Below, one piece after another: positions 35,205-45,062 of a stretch of DNA of 64,000 bases. The position numbers and the translations under genes were made by a program. Positions within the stretch are counted from its first letter, which is position 1, and the number at the start of each line of letters is the position of its first letter. A model generated the notes under the pieces. It was not told the origin of the DNA. It was given only the letters and a program-made list of their open reading frames with translations, and did no database searches. Origin of the DNA: an uncultured virus (IMG/VR IMGVR_UViG_3300033520_000026). Lineage: Duplodnaviria; Heunggongvirae; Uroviricota; Caudoviricetes. The stretch covers positions 1 through 64,000 of the IMG/VR virus record IMGVR_UViG_3300033520_000026; one strand, written 5' to 3'.

Positions 35205-36584
35205 ATGTTTACCGACCCAGTAGCGCAGATCGTTATCACGAACCCGACGAGCGGGAATGTTTGGTATTTCAACGCGCCAGATTACCCGTTTGTGACCGGG
35301 GTGAGCCTAGCGTTTGAGTTCGCGCGCAAGGCTGCTTTGCAGGTCACATTTGACGCGCCATACGACGTGGCGGTTGATAAGCTGCTGGGCCTGGATTCGC
35401 CGTTCACCATGGGGAACAACGTGCGGGCTCGGATTGGATATGCGAAGCATCCGACATGGTGGACGGAGTGGTTCGAGGGGTTTTTGGCGGCGGGTGGGGA
35501 CGGTCTGACCTTGGATGCAAACGGCATGACGGGAACGATCACGGTGCAGGTGATTTCGGAGGGTTCGGGATACACGGTGTCTGGCGAGGCTCTGAAGGTG
35601 ACCAACCCGAACGATATGTTTGTGCAGTGCGCGAAGGCGTTGGGTGTTGAGTTCAAACCGTCGCCTGGGTCGGCAACGTTGATGAATGGTTTAAATTCTG
35701 ATTTGGAAAAGGGAAAGCCAACAGATGCCGAGGCGGGTTGGAAGCCGGAGGCGTTTGCTGGGATGACGGTGTGGGAGGCGGCAGATGCCCTTGCCAAGAT
35801 GGCGAATTTGAGGATGTGGATAGGCCCGAATCCGGCAAGTCCTGGTGGGGGAGTGCATATTCTGTATCTTGGCACTGAAGAGGAGCTATCGACTGGCGTT
35901 CTGAGCCATCTCAAGGAAGCTGGGACGGCCGGAGGAGTTGGCGTGCGGCCGACGTTTAGGTTGCGTGGGGTGGTTGATTTAAACACGTCTACGTTCCCGT
36001 GTTTGTCGTGGGCACCAGAGGGATCTGGGTTTGCGTCGTGGCTTCCGACGAACATGGTCCAGACGGGCAAGGGCGTTGAGAAGGTATTTGTAAATACAAA
36101 AACGGGCTTGATCGAGTCTGTGAATGCGAAGGCGGTAGATCGCAAGGTGGCTACGGTAGGCGCGGTGGCCACGCCTGGGCCAGAGGACATCAAGACGACG
36201 GACGCCACGGGGAAGAGTTTGACTGGAGATGAGAAGAAGGCGGACGGCAAGGAGGCGGTCATTACGAGTTCGCCGGTGCCTGGGGGAGAGGCGGGCAAGG
36301 CGCGGGCGCAGTTGGCGGCGGAGAAAGAGCGTGATGCGGGGAGCCCTTCGCAGGTGGGGGTGATCACGTCCTTGGGATTGCCGTGGGTGGTGCCGTCTGA
36401 GCTGTGTTTCTTGCGTGGGTGCGGGATGATCTACGACGGGCCGTACCTTGTGGACAAGGCGACGCACAAGTGGGGGCCTGGAACCTATGAGATGACGCTG
36501 ACGTGCCGCCGCCAGGGTGACGGCACGGCGATGAAGGCTGGCGAGAAGGTCCAGACGCCCGTGGGCACGATGCCGGAGAAATAA
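35205..36584 (+). CDS. Baseplate hub protein (gp27/gpD/VgrG-N-like)
   Basis: GNNVRARIGY..FEG and GLPWVVP..LRGCGMIYDGPYLVDKATH..YEMTLTCRR; synteny. Confidence 0.7.
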   Translation: MFTDPVAQIVITNPTSGNVWYFNAPDYPFVTGVSLAFEFARKAALQVTFDAPYDVAVDKLLGLDSPFTMGNNVRARIGYAKHPTWWTEWFEGFLAAGGDGLTLDANGMTGTITVQVISEGSGYTVSGEALKVTNPNDMFVQCAKALGVEFKPSPGSATLMNGLNSDLEKGKPTDAEAGWKPEAFAGMTVWEAADALAKMANLRMWIGPNPASPGGGVHILYLGTEEELSTGVLSHLKEAGTAGGVGVRPTFRLRGVVDLNTSTFPCLSWAPEGSGFASWLPTNMVQTGKGVEKVFVNTKTGLIESVNAKAVDRKVATVGAVATPGPEDIKTTDATGKSLTGDEKKADGKEAVITSSPVPGGEAGKARAQLAAEKERDAGSPSQVGVITSLGLPWVVPSELCFLRGCGMIYDGPYLVDKATHKWGPGTYEMTLTCRRQGDGTAMKAGEKVQTPVGTMPEK

Positions 36585-36587
36585 GTC

Positions 36588-37553
36588 ATGTTTGGCAACA
36601 GGAGCGATTCACTACGCCTGGCAACCGACCCGATTGGGTGGCTGCGTGACACCCTTGCGCGGATCGGCCTAGAGGGCTTTGCGCGACGATTCTACGGCCT
36701 TTACCCAGGGGTGGTGGTGAGCAACGCGGACCCAGACAATCGAGGCAGGATTCAAGCGCTGTGCCCTGCTGTGGGACTCAATACGGCGGACCAGTTGGGG
36801 CCGAGCTGGTGGGCGTTGCCGTGCATGCCTGGTTTATCTGTGGACCCAGACACCAAGCAGGCGAGCGGGATCTTCCATCCGCCGGACGCGAACGCCCAGG
36901 TGTGGTTGATGTTTCAGCATGGAGATCCAGAGTTCCCGGTCTACATGGGCGGGTACATGGCGGCGGACAAGGCGAGCGATACGTTCGACGCGGAGACCGC
37001 ATTGAGGAAGGGATTTCGCACGCGCACGGGGCACTACCTGCGCATGTCGGACGACCCGGAGGATCTGCACCTCATCATTGGCAAGGGTGATGGAGCGGGC
37101 GGGCCGAGCCCCGCGTTCCTGACGGTGGACAAGGACGGTTCGACACTGCTCACCAACGAGATGGGCAGCATGCTGTTCATGAACGCCACGACCCCGGAGA
37201 CAAGCTTGATGACGGCCAACGACAAGGGCGAGGTCACGGCGATGCTGATGCTGGGGGACGACAAGATCACGCTGGCCACCAAGAGCGGGGGAGCCATTGG
37301 AATCGACGGCAAGAATATCACCTTGACGGGGGACAACGTGATCGCTGATGCGAGCAAGCAGTTTGTAGCGAACGCGGGGACGGTCATGTTGGGCAAGGGG
37401 GCAGCGGAACCGGCGGTACGCGGGATGAAGTTGATGACGTGGGCTCTGGCGCACCAACATGTGAGCGCGGCTCCCGGAGCGCCGACGGGGCCTGGACCGC
37501 TGCCTCCGCCGATGCTGTATAAAGAGCTTTCTGAGGTCGTTTTTCTCAAGTAG
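36588..37553 (+). CDS. Baseplate spike (gp5/gpV/VgrG OB-fold + beta-helix)
   Basis: FYGLYPGVVVSNADPDNRGRIQ..PPD..VWLMFQHGDPEFPVYMG..RTRTGH. Confidence 0.9.
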   Translation: MFGNRSDSLRLATDPIGWLRDTLARIGLEGFARRFYGLYPGVVVSNADPDNRGRIQALCPAVGLNTADQLGPSWWALPCMPGLSVDPDTKQASGIFHPPDANAQVWLMFQHGDPEFPVYMGGYMAADKASDTFDAETALRKGFRTRTGHYLRMSDDPEDLHLIIGKGDGAGGPSPAFLTVDKDGSTLLTNEMGSMLFMNATTPETSLMTANDKGEVTAMLMLGDDKITLATKSGGAIGIDGKNITLTGDNVIADASKQFVANAGTVMLGKGAAEPAVRGMKLMTWALAHQHVSAAPGAPTGPGPLPPPMLYKELSEVVFLK

Positions 37554-37571
37554 AGGTGAGGATGAGGCCAA

Positions 37572-37922
37572 ATGTCCAAGTGCAAGATTCCAACTCCGCC
37601 TACCTTGGCGCTGGCCATTCCGATCCCAGGCATCCCGTTTGCGATGCCTGCGATCCCGACTTTGCCCGCGATACCGGCGATGCCTGCGATCCCTGGATTG
37701 ACTATGCCGACGTTGGCACTGGCGATCCCGATCCCGAGCCCGCCGTTTGCATTGCCTGCGATTCCGACGTTGCCAAGCATGCCGAGTTTGCCATCGATCC
37801 CGAATCCGCCGAGCATGCCGACGTTGGCGCTGGCCATTCCGATCCCTGGATTGCCGTTTGCACTGCCCGCGCTGCCGAGCTTGCCAGCGATGCCCGGACT
37901 TCCAAGTTGTCCGTTGGGCTGA
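37572..37922 (+). CDS. Proline-rich repeat protein
   Basis: Three PTLALAIPIP units plus PAIP/PSMP repeats; RBS GAGG. Confidence 0.6.
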   Translation: MSKCKIPTPPTLALAIPIPGIPFAMPAIPTLPAIPAMPAIPGLTMPTLALAIPIPSPPFALPAIPTLPSMPSLPSIPNPPSMPTLALAIPIPGLPFALPALPSLPAMPGLPSCPLG

Positions 37923-37965
37923 CACGCGAACCTGGGTTCGCCTCAAACTGTGATAGGATGCGTTC

Positions 37966-38397
37966 ATGCCGAATGTGAACCAACTCCCGCCTCTGTTGGA
38001 CGCTGACATCATGAGGACGTTGGCGTTTCCATTTCAGATGGGTTTGTCTGGATTTCCAGCCATGAGCGGATCGGAGCGGGCGATTTACCAGTCGATACTT
38101 TCGTTGATGATGACTGGTACAAACGAGAGGTTGATGCATGTGGATTTGGGAGTGAATTTGCACAGGTTGGTATTCGACAACATGACGCCGTTATTGCAGG
38201 CGCGCATTGCGACCGAGGTGACGCGTGCCATTGAGACCTGGGAGCCGCGTGCCGAGGTGATGGGTGTAGATTCTCGCATGGGCGACAAGTCGGACGGTGT
38301 GACGACGGCGATCATTGTGGACGTGCTGTACCGCGTGGCGGGGCAGCCTCAGAGCCAGCAGGTGCAGATCCCGCTGGTCGGGAGCCCAAATGGCTAA
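37966..38397 (+). CDS. Baseplate wedge subunit, gp25/GPW-like
   Basis: IYQSILSLMMTGTNERLM..LGVNL..VFD..IETWEPR. Confidence 0.9.
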   Translation: MPNVNQLPPLLDADIMRTLAFPFQMGLSGFPAMSGSERAIYQSILSLMMTGTNERLMHVDLGVNLHRLVFDNMTPLLQARIATEVTRAIETWEPRAEVMGVDSRMGDKSDGVTTAIIVDVLYRVAGQPQSQQVQIPLVGSPNG

Positions 38398-40594
38398 CGA
38401 TACCCATGCTCCATTGGTGGCGGATCGCGCCCCGCTGAACTCTGTGAAGTGGGCGGCCCGGGACTATCCGAGCATCTTCGACGACCTGTTGCGGCGGCTG
38501 AAGCTGTTGTATCAGGAAACATACAACGACTACGCGACGACGACGCAGGGCATCATGCTGATCGAGATGATGGCCTACGCCACGGCGCAGATTCAGTGGT
38601 ACATGGACCGCATCGCGTCCGATTGCTTCCTGGACACGGCGCGCACGCATACGGCGGTGGGGCGTATTGTGCGGCAACTTGGGTACAAGTTGAGGCCGGC
38701 GAGTGCGGCTTCGACAACGTTGACCTTGACCTTCCCTGACGGCACGCCTGGACCGTTTGTGATGCCGGCTCGCTGGCGTTTCCAGGGGCCAAACGGGCTT
38801 GTGTACGAGTCGTATGCTCCGCTCACGGAAACGGCAGCGTTGCCACCTGGAACCACGCGCACGATCATGGTTCGGCAGGGGGATTCTCGGATTCTGACGT
38901 TCACTGGAAACGGCCAGGCGAACCAGGTTTATAATCTTTCGGGAATCCCGGAATCTCGCTATCTCGCAGACCTGAGCGTTGAGTGTTGGGTGGACGGATT
39001 GGAGTGGGAAGAGCGGTCTTTTCTAACCTACGTTGCAGACGAGCAGTTCGAGGTGGAATATCTGACCGAGCCACCGAAGGTGCGGTTTGGAGATGGAATT
39101 GCAGGGGCGATCCCGCCATTGGGTGCAGAGGTAAAGTTTCGGTTTGTGATTATCGACGGTGTGAAGGGAAACAATCCGAAGTCGGGGAGCATTCGATCCA
39201 GCATCGACACGTTGGTGGTGGGCGGCACGCTGGTCACGATGACGGTGTCGAATCCGGTATCTCCGAGCGGCGGTGCGGACCCCGAGACGGTGGAGCACGC
39301 CAAGAAGCTGGCACCGTTGTCCTTTGCGGCGCGAGGTGTGGCGATTACCGAGAACGACTACAACGCGCTGTCCAACAGCTTTGTGGACGCGCTCTATGGG
39401 TCGGTGGCCAAGGCGTATGCCTTCAACCCTCGCGGCACGTATTCAGACATCACGTTTGACACGCTGGTGGTGGAGATTGTCGGTGCGCTCATCGTGTATG
39501 TGGATGCCGTCTCGTTATTGGAGACGAGTATCTCGGCTGACGTGGCAGCCATCACGCCATTGCTGGCGTCCATCAACGCCGACCTTGTAAATTTAGAGGA
39601 GTTGCGCGTCGATCAGGAGGGGTTTGCTGGGTCGGCGAAGTCGATCATTGGTGGGGCGCAGGCGAACTGCACGACGGCCGAGTCCACGCTGGTCGGAATC
39701 AAGACCACGGCGGAAGACCAGAAGGCGGCGTTGCAAGATCTGGTCGATTATGTGCTGATGAATGTGACTGCCGGGGCGACGCGGGATCATATCGAGGCGG
39801 AGCTGAACGCGGCGATAGCGCAAGCGACGACGATTGTACAGAAGTCCACGCAGGCCACCGGAGATGTCCAGACGGCGCAGAACGCCATGGGCAACGCGAT
39901 TTCGAACGCGATCAATCCGCTGTTGGAGACGATTACGGATTTGTCTCCAACCTCGCCTGACACGTCGTTACCGCAGATCATCGCAGCGATGACGGCGGAC
40001 ACAGCGGGCATTGACGCGCTCTTGCCTGGGATGACAGCGGACGCGACGGCCATGGTAGGTGCTTCGCAGGCGTTGAAGACGGACATCGACGCTCATTTGG
40101 CGAGCATGCAGGTACGGATTGGAGAGTTGTTCTCGGACGACTGCTTGAGCAACTACGTACAGGTGCCGATTCTGGCGCAGGACGCGGATGGAAACTACAT
40201 CGCTCCTTCGGCCGGGCTCATGGCGAGTCTCCAGACGTATTTGGACGGGGTAAAAGAGGTCACGCAGCAGGTGGAGGTCATCGACGGGTCTCCAATTCTG
40301 GTGCCGGCGCAGATTGCGATCCAGGCGCTAGTCGGTTCGGCCTACATCTACGACGAGGAGATCGCTAAGGTGAGATCTGCGGTGATTGAGTTACTCAAGG
40401 CGAGGGATTTCAACACGCCGTTGTACCTATCTCAGCTTTACGATACGGCGAAGAAGGCGAGCATTGGATTCTCGCATGTGAACATTCAGATCGCGGGTCC
40501 GGTGGAGTTCTTGGACGCGGGCGGCAACTTGGTTCCGCCTGAAAACCGGATCATCACGTTGGGTAGCCTCACCATTACGCAGCTCTACTCGTAG
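38390..40594 (+). CDS. Baseplate wedge protein gp6/J-like with a helical insertion
   Basis: ARDYPSI..FLDTAR..LGYKLRPASAA, VRFGDGIAGAIPP and GGADPET..AP...ARGVAITENDY. Confidence 0.9.
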   Translation: MANDTHAPLVADRAPLNSVKWAARDYPSIFDDLLRRLKLLYQETYNDYATTTQGIMLIEMMAYATAQIQWYMDRIASDCFLDTARTHTAVGRIVRQLGYKLRPASAASTTLTLTFPDGTPGPFVMPARWRFQGPNGLVYESYAPLTETAALPPGTTRTIMVRQGDSRILTFTGNGQANQVYNLSGIPESRYLADLSVECWVDGLEWEERSFLTYVADEQFEVEYLTEPPKVRFGDGIAGAIPPLGAEVKFRFVIIDGVKGNNPKSGSIRSSIDTLVVGGTLVTMTVSNPVSPSGGADPETVEHAKKLAPLSFAARGVAITENDYNALSNSFVDALYGSVAKAYAFNPRGTYSDITFDTLVVEIVGALIVYVDAVSLLETSISADVAAITPLLASINADLVNLEELRVDQEGFAGSAKSIIGGAQANCTTAESTLVGIKTTAEDQKAALQDLVDYVLMNVTAGATRDHIEAELNAAIAQATTIVQKSTQATGDVQTAQNAMGNAISNAINPLLETITDLSPTSPDTSLPQIIAAMTADTAGIDALLPGMTADATAMVGASQALKTDIDAHLASMQVRIGELFSDDCLSNYVQVPILAQDADGNYIAPSAGLMASLQTYLDGVKEVTQQVEVIDGSPILVPAQIAIQALVGSAYIYDEEIAKVRSAVIELLKARDFNTPLYLSQLYDTAKKASIGFSHVNIQIAGPVEFLDAGGNLVPPENRIITLGSLTITQLYS

Positions 40595-40602
40595 GAGTGC
40601 AG

Positions 40603-41748
40603 ATGACGACTTCGCATACCCCGCGCTTCTCGCTGCCCATCCCGACCTGGAACGCCGATTGGCAAAAGTGGCAGCAGGTATTTGAGACCTTTGCCACTGG
40701 TGTGGACTCAACCATGTTCTCGTTGTTGGAGCACACGACGCTCCTTCCTCGCGTGCTTCCGACCGTGTCGATTACGGGGGACGTGTTTTCGCAATCCGGT
40801 CCGGCTCAGTTCATCTCGCGCACGTTGCAGGTGGCGATAGAGGTCGGTCCAAACTCGTTGACGTTGGTCCCGGGATCGCTCGTGTGCGCGCATTTGCTAG
40901 CTGGAGCTGTGGGTCCGCAGGCCATCGAGTGGGAGTTGCGGATCACGAGCACTGAGGCAGACGCGGACCTTGTGGTGTTTGGCGTGGTGGGGGACGACTA
41001 CGCGATCACTTGGTACAACGGGGCGCGGCTCGTGCCTGGCACGCCGATGGCGCTGTTTGCGTTTGCTGGTGGAGGTGGAGGGGCCAGTTCGCTTCAAGAA
41101 GCCTACAATGGCGGAGCGAGCATTGCGATTCCCGTAGGGGGAGATCCGGTACGGGTAAACAATGGCGTCACGGGGGCTCCAGCCATAGTTTTGGGTGGAG
41201 CGGGGCCACAGAGGTTGTCGGCGGACGACGATCTAGAATTGTCGGATGGCAACTATTATGGAGAGATTGGCCCGGCAGATGCGATACCGCTGACGAGCGT
41301 TGGGGCACGAGACTTTACGTTTGCCTGTGCATCGCTTGTGGACGCGATCAACAAGGCGTATGCGTCTGTCGGCGAGTTGAAGTTTTTAGAGACGTGGGAC
41401 CAGGCGGTGGCGGCGGGAACTACCGAGGTCGGCGTGGTTGACGTGGGGGTTGCCCACGGCATTGTGTACAGCATGAAGATCGAGATTGTGGGGGGTACAG
41501 CTCCGACCGGAGCGGACATCGAATTAGCCGACGCGGTGCTCTCTGGGTCGCATGAGTTGCTGTACCAGATCGGCATGGCTGGGGTCGATCCGCGCTGGCA
41601 GCCGAGCGTGAATCCGACGTGGAAGGACCGCACGCCGTTTGGGATCGAGGGGTTGAGCGCGGGTATTCTGCATTGGCGACTGAACAACATGGGCAGCGCG
41701 TCAGCGACGTTCCGTGTGACGTTGCGTGGCATGGGATGGAGTAGTTGA
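40603..41748 (+). CDS. Baseplate-associated fibre/attachment protein; N-terminus paralogous to ORF 46303
   Basis: FSLPIPTWNADWQKWQQ..YAITWYNGARL shared with 46303. Confidence 0.65.
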   Translation: MTTSHTPRFSLPIPTWNADWQKWQQVFETFATGVDSTMFSLLEHTTLLPRVLPTVSITGDVFSQSGPAQFISRTLQVAIEVGPNSLTLVPGSLVCAHLLAGAVGPQAIEWELRITSTEADADLVVFGVVGDDYAITWYNGARLVPGTPMALFAFAGGGGGASSLQEAYNGGASIAIPVGGDPVRVNNGVTGAPAIVLGGAGPQRLSADDDLELSDGNYYGEIGPADAIPLTSVGARDFTFACASLVDAINKAYASVGELKFLETWDQAVAAGTTEVGVVDVGVAHGIVYSMKIEIVGGTAPTGADIELADAVLSGSHELLYQIGMAGVDPRWQPSVNPTWKDRTPFGIEGLSAGILHWRLNNMGSASATFRVTLRGMGWSS

Positions 41749-41749
41749 C

Positions 41750-42808
41750 ATGACGGAACCCACACGAACGAAGACGTGGACGAAGTATTCGGCGTGGATA
41801 CAGGATGGGGATGGCCCGACGCCCCAAGCTGGGCAGACATCGGATCGCAGTGCGGCGCGGTTGATCCTGTACCTCATCAAGACGCAGATGCTCGCAGCCG
41901 GATGGACGGTGGTGCGGAGCTGCGGATATTACGATGCCGGTGGCGGAGCTGCCTGGCATTACGGGGCGGCGGATCACTGGCCCAGTGCGGAGGCAGTCCG
42001 GTGGAAGGAAGCGGACAACAAGTTCGGCTGGATGGTGCTCAAGAACACGAACTTGCACGCCGATGGCAACGGATTCCAGGTGATGTTCGCGTTGGATGCC
42101 GGGGTGACGCTGACCTACCGGATGACCATGCACACGTCCATCGAGGCGGGGTTTTCGGGTGGCAGCGAGACGGCGTATCCCACGGCAACGGACGCGATAG
42201 TCATCTACGACGATGCGAGCGATGCGTGGTACTCGACGATTAGTGCTGGGTTCCCTCAGTGCCCGATGGCGCTGAACATTTGGTACAGCAGCGATGGGCA
42301 ATCGTTCCGCGTATGGGGCGCAGGTCAGATAATCTTGGAACAAGGAACAGAGGTGTATCGCTCGTTGCATCCGATGATGTTCGAGCGGCTGGTGAACGCG
42401 CCCTCGTGGCTGGACAAGCCGGTCTTGGCGGGGGTCATGCGGTGGCGTCGGGCCTCGATGGCCACGCCGGGATCGACCGCCAGCTATGAGCGTCGTCTGT
42501 ACTTCGGGTGCGAGGGCGTGGTGAAGTGCGCGGTGTTGATGGTCGCGGAGGGGATCAGCAACGGGCTGTTGATCAATCATGCGGCCTCGCAGATCCCGGA
42601 CATGGGCGGGCGGTGGGCGGTCTATCCGGTGAGCGTCATCAGCATGAATGGCATGGTGCCGGGCGTAGTGGGCACCCTGGCTGACTTCTGGATGGTGCCC
42701 GCCGCGCTGGTCACAGGGGACTACTTCCCCGGCGATGGGTCGCGGGAGTTGGCGGTCATCCAGAGCGTCTTGCAGGGCAACGACGGCACCGCCGTCTCGA
42801 TACCGTGA
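41750..42808 (+). CDS. Virion structural protein A1 of the duplicated module
   Basis: Paralogue of 44035 (RTKTWTKYS, AVRWKEADNKFGW, FERLV.APSW.DKPV). Confidence 0.7.
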   Translation: MTEPTRTKTWTKYSAWIQDGDGPTPQAGQTSDRSAARLILYLIKTQMLAAGWTVVRSCGYYDAGGGAAWHYGAADHWPSAEAVRWKEADNKFGWMVLKNTNLHADGNGFQVMFALDAGVTLTYRMTMHTSIEAGFSGGSETAYPTATDAIVIYDDASDAWYSTISAGFPQCPMALNIWYSSDGQSFRVWGAGQIILEQGTEVYRSLHPMMFERLVNAPSWLDKPVLAGVMRWRRASMATPGSTASYERRLYFGCEGVVKCAVLMVAEGISNGLLINHAASQIPDMGGRWAVYPVSVISMNGMVPGVVGTLADFWMVPAALVTGDYFPGDGSRELAVIQSVLQGNDGTAVSIP

Positions 42809-42816
42809 GGTGAGCG

Positions 42817-43797
42817 ATGGCAGGGTTAACCAAGATCAAGATGTATGTGGTCAATCGGCATTTTGCCTATGCACCAATCTGGGTTGGCGATCAGTTCGGC
42901 ATGAAGATGTGGCTGATCAAGGAGGCATTCCTCTACGGTACGGATGGGATCAAAGGGGGGCCTACCGCGTGGGAGGTCGTCGGAAGCTGCGATAGCATCA
43001 ATTTCAATATGTCAGGTACGGACTTGCTAACCGGCCCATCGAAGTTCGTTAATTCGACGGGTAACCATTCGTGGATTGTTATGAGGCAACCTTTACAGGG
43101 GGCCGCGCCGGGGTATCTCCAGGTGTGCCTTGATTGGCCGTATACGTCGTCTGCTCCATCAGCATGTTATGTGTCGTTTTCTGTTGCGGCTGGGTACACG
43201 GGCGGGGCGCTCAATGCGAGACCGAACGCAACCGATCTGGTGATGGCGAACACTGCAACAGTGACAGCCACAGGAATGGTTGGCAGTTGCGGGGTGAACT
43301 GTATCAAGAGCACGGATGGCAAGGTCATGCGGTTGATCTTTACGGTTGACGGGGTGTTGCAGACGAGGGCGTATTGGGCCTTTGAGGAGCTGTTGGACGT
43401 TGAGTCATACTGGACGAGCAAGACCATTGTTACGGTCGCGCCGTTGACGCATGTGGGTTTGAACGGGACATCAAATCTGTTTAATTATCAGGGAGGCGGT
43501 CACTCCGGGCGCATGTCGTGGGCGAGTACCATTGGCTATGCGTTGTCAGATGTGAATGCTGTTTCGATGATGCACCGCCCGGATTACGGCGGAGCCTGGC
43601 CGGTCTTCCCATGTGGTGTGTTCAATGATTTGGGGGCCAGCCGTGGCAAGCTTGGGAATTGCGCGGATCTGTATGCGACCTCGTACAATGTCCCCACGGG
43701 GGAGTATTACGCTGCGGCGGGAGGCGGGGACTTCCAGTTTGTGAACATTGGAGGCATCGTGTTCCCGTTGAACGGCGAGCCCCTGGTGTTGCCGTAG
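42817..43797 (+). CDS. Virion structural protein B1 of the duplicated module
   Basis: Paralogue of 45063 (LYGTDG.KGGP, GNHSWIV, RPDYGGAWPV). Confidence 0.7.
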   Translation: MAGLTKIKMYVVNRHFAYAPIWVGDQFGMKMWLIKEAFLYGTDGIKGGPTAWEVVGSCDSINFNMSGTDLLTGPSKFVNSTGNHSWIVMRQPLQGAAPGYLQVCLDWPYTSSAPSACYVSFSVAAGYTGGALNARPNATDLVMANTATVTATGMVGSCGVNCIKSTDGKVMRLIFTVDGVLQTRAYWAFEELLDVESYWTSKTIVTVAPLTHVGLNGTSNLFNYQGGGHSGRMSWASTIGYALSDVNAVSMMHRPDYGGAWPVFPCGVFNDLGASRGKLGNCADLYATSYNVPTGEYYAAAGGGDFQFVNIGGIVFPLNGEPLVLP

Positions 43798-44025
43798 ATG
43801 GCCAACCGGACGGGCACGGTAGGTGGTGGAGCGGTGTCGCGGGCGGACACGCAGGCGGACGGCGTAGATGGTATCATTGAGCCGGTGGTGCGAACCGATC
43901 CCATGTTGGAGAGCACGGTGGGGGACGGCACGGTGGATCTGGTCAAGTGGGAAGGCAGTTGCCCCGAGGACTACGGGGAGATCGTGCGGGCGGTTCCGCG
44001 TCTAGTGCGGGCGTGGCACGGGTAA
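43798..44025 (+). CDS. Small protein C1 of the duplicated module
   Basis: Paralogue of 46046 (VDL.KWEG.CP..YG...RA.P.LVR). Confidence 0.65.
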   Translation: MANRTGTVGGGAVSRADTQADGVDGIIEPVVRTDPMLESTVGDGTVDLVKWEGSCPEDYGEIVRAVPRLVRAWHG

Positions 44026-44034
44026 GGAGCGGAC

Positions 44035-45054
44035 ATGGCGGCACCAGTGAGGACGAAGACCTGGACGAAGTATTCGACGTATGTGGCCACCGCAGATGGG
44101 CCGCCGCCACAGCCTGGTCAGGATGCTGGCGAGAGCGCATCACGAGAGGTTTTCTACCGGCTGAAGGCGACGTTCCTTGCGGCGGGGTGGACGGTGGTGT
44201 CGAGCTGCGGAAAATACGACGATGGGGGCGGGGAGGCGTGGCATTACGGGGCGACGGACCACTGGCCCAATGCGGTGGCCGTCAGATGGAAGGAAGCGGA
44301 CAACAAGTTCGGGTGGATCGTGCTCAGGAACACGAACTTGCACGCGGGAGGTGCGGGGTTCCAGGTGTGCATTGCGCTGACAGGGACGGTCAACTCGACT
44401 CAGACGGGGACCATGGCGTTTTCGTGCGAGGGCGGGTTCACGGGCGGGAGCGAGACGGCGCGGCCCACGGCGACGGATGAAGTGGTGGTGTTCAATAATG
44501 AGCAGTTGACTGGGTATTCATTGGCTTCGTTTGAAAACAACGCGATGAACATTTGGTATACAAGCGACGGAACGTCGTTTCGGCTGTGGTGGGGTAAAGG
44601 GCTTGCCAATATGACTTTGGACATTAACCCGCCGTGGCTGTTCGAGCGGTTGGTTGACGCGCCGAGCTGGATGGACAAGCCCGTTGTGGCTGGAAGCACG
44701 CGCTGGGAGGCGATGGATTTATTCGCGGATAGTTCGCGTCGATTTTATTTCTGTTGTGATGAATTTATAAAGTGCGATGTTCTATTATCGGCGGAGGCAA
44801 ACGCCTCTGGGATCTTGTCCAGGCAAGCGCAGTTCCAGGTGCCAGATCCAGGCGGAAGGTGGCCAGTATTCCCGGTGTCCGTGATCAGCCGTTCTCCCCT
44901 GGTGAACGGTTACGTCGGGAAGCTGGCAGATATGTGGGTGGTTCCAACAGCGTTGGCGTTTGGGGATTACATGCCGGGGGACGGCAGTAAGAAGTTTGTC
45001 GTGATGAACGATCTCTTGTTGGGGAACGACGGTACAGCCGTCATGTTGCCGTGA
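44035..45054 (+). CDS. Virion structural protein A2
   Basis: Paralogue of 41750. Confidence 0.7.
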   Translation: MAAPVRTKTWTKYSTYVATADGPPPQPGQDAGESASREVFYRLKATFLAAGWTVVSSCGKYDDGGGEAWHYGATDHWPNAVAVRWKEADNKFGWIVLRNTNLHAGGAGFQVCIALTGTVNSTQTGTMAFSCEGGFTGGSETARPTATDEVVVFNNEQLTGYSLASFENNAMNIWYTSDGTSFRLWWGKGLANMTLDINPPWLFERLVDAPSWMDKPVVAGSTRWEAMDLFADSSRRFYFCCDEFIKCDVLLSAEANASGILSRQAQFQVPDPGGRWPVFPVSVISRSPLVNGYVGKLADMWVVPTALAFGDYMPGDGSKKFVVMNDLLLGNDGTAVMLP

Positions 45055-45062
45055 GGTGAAGA

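Noticed and set aside
11313..40594. Bacterial eCIS/tailocin locus
   Set aside because: Capsid, protease and neck genes are linked, and no Afp15-type ATPase is seen, so this is a phage.
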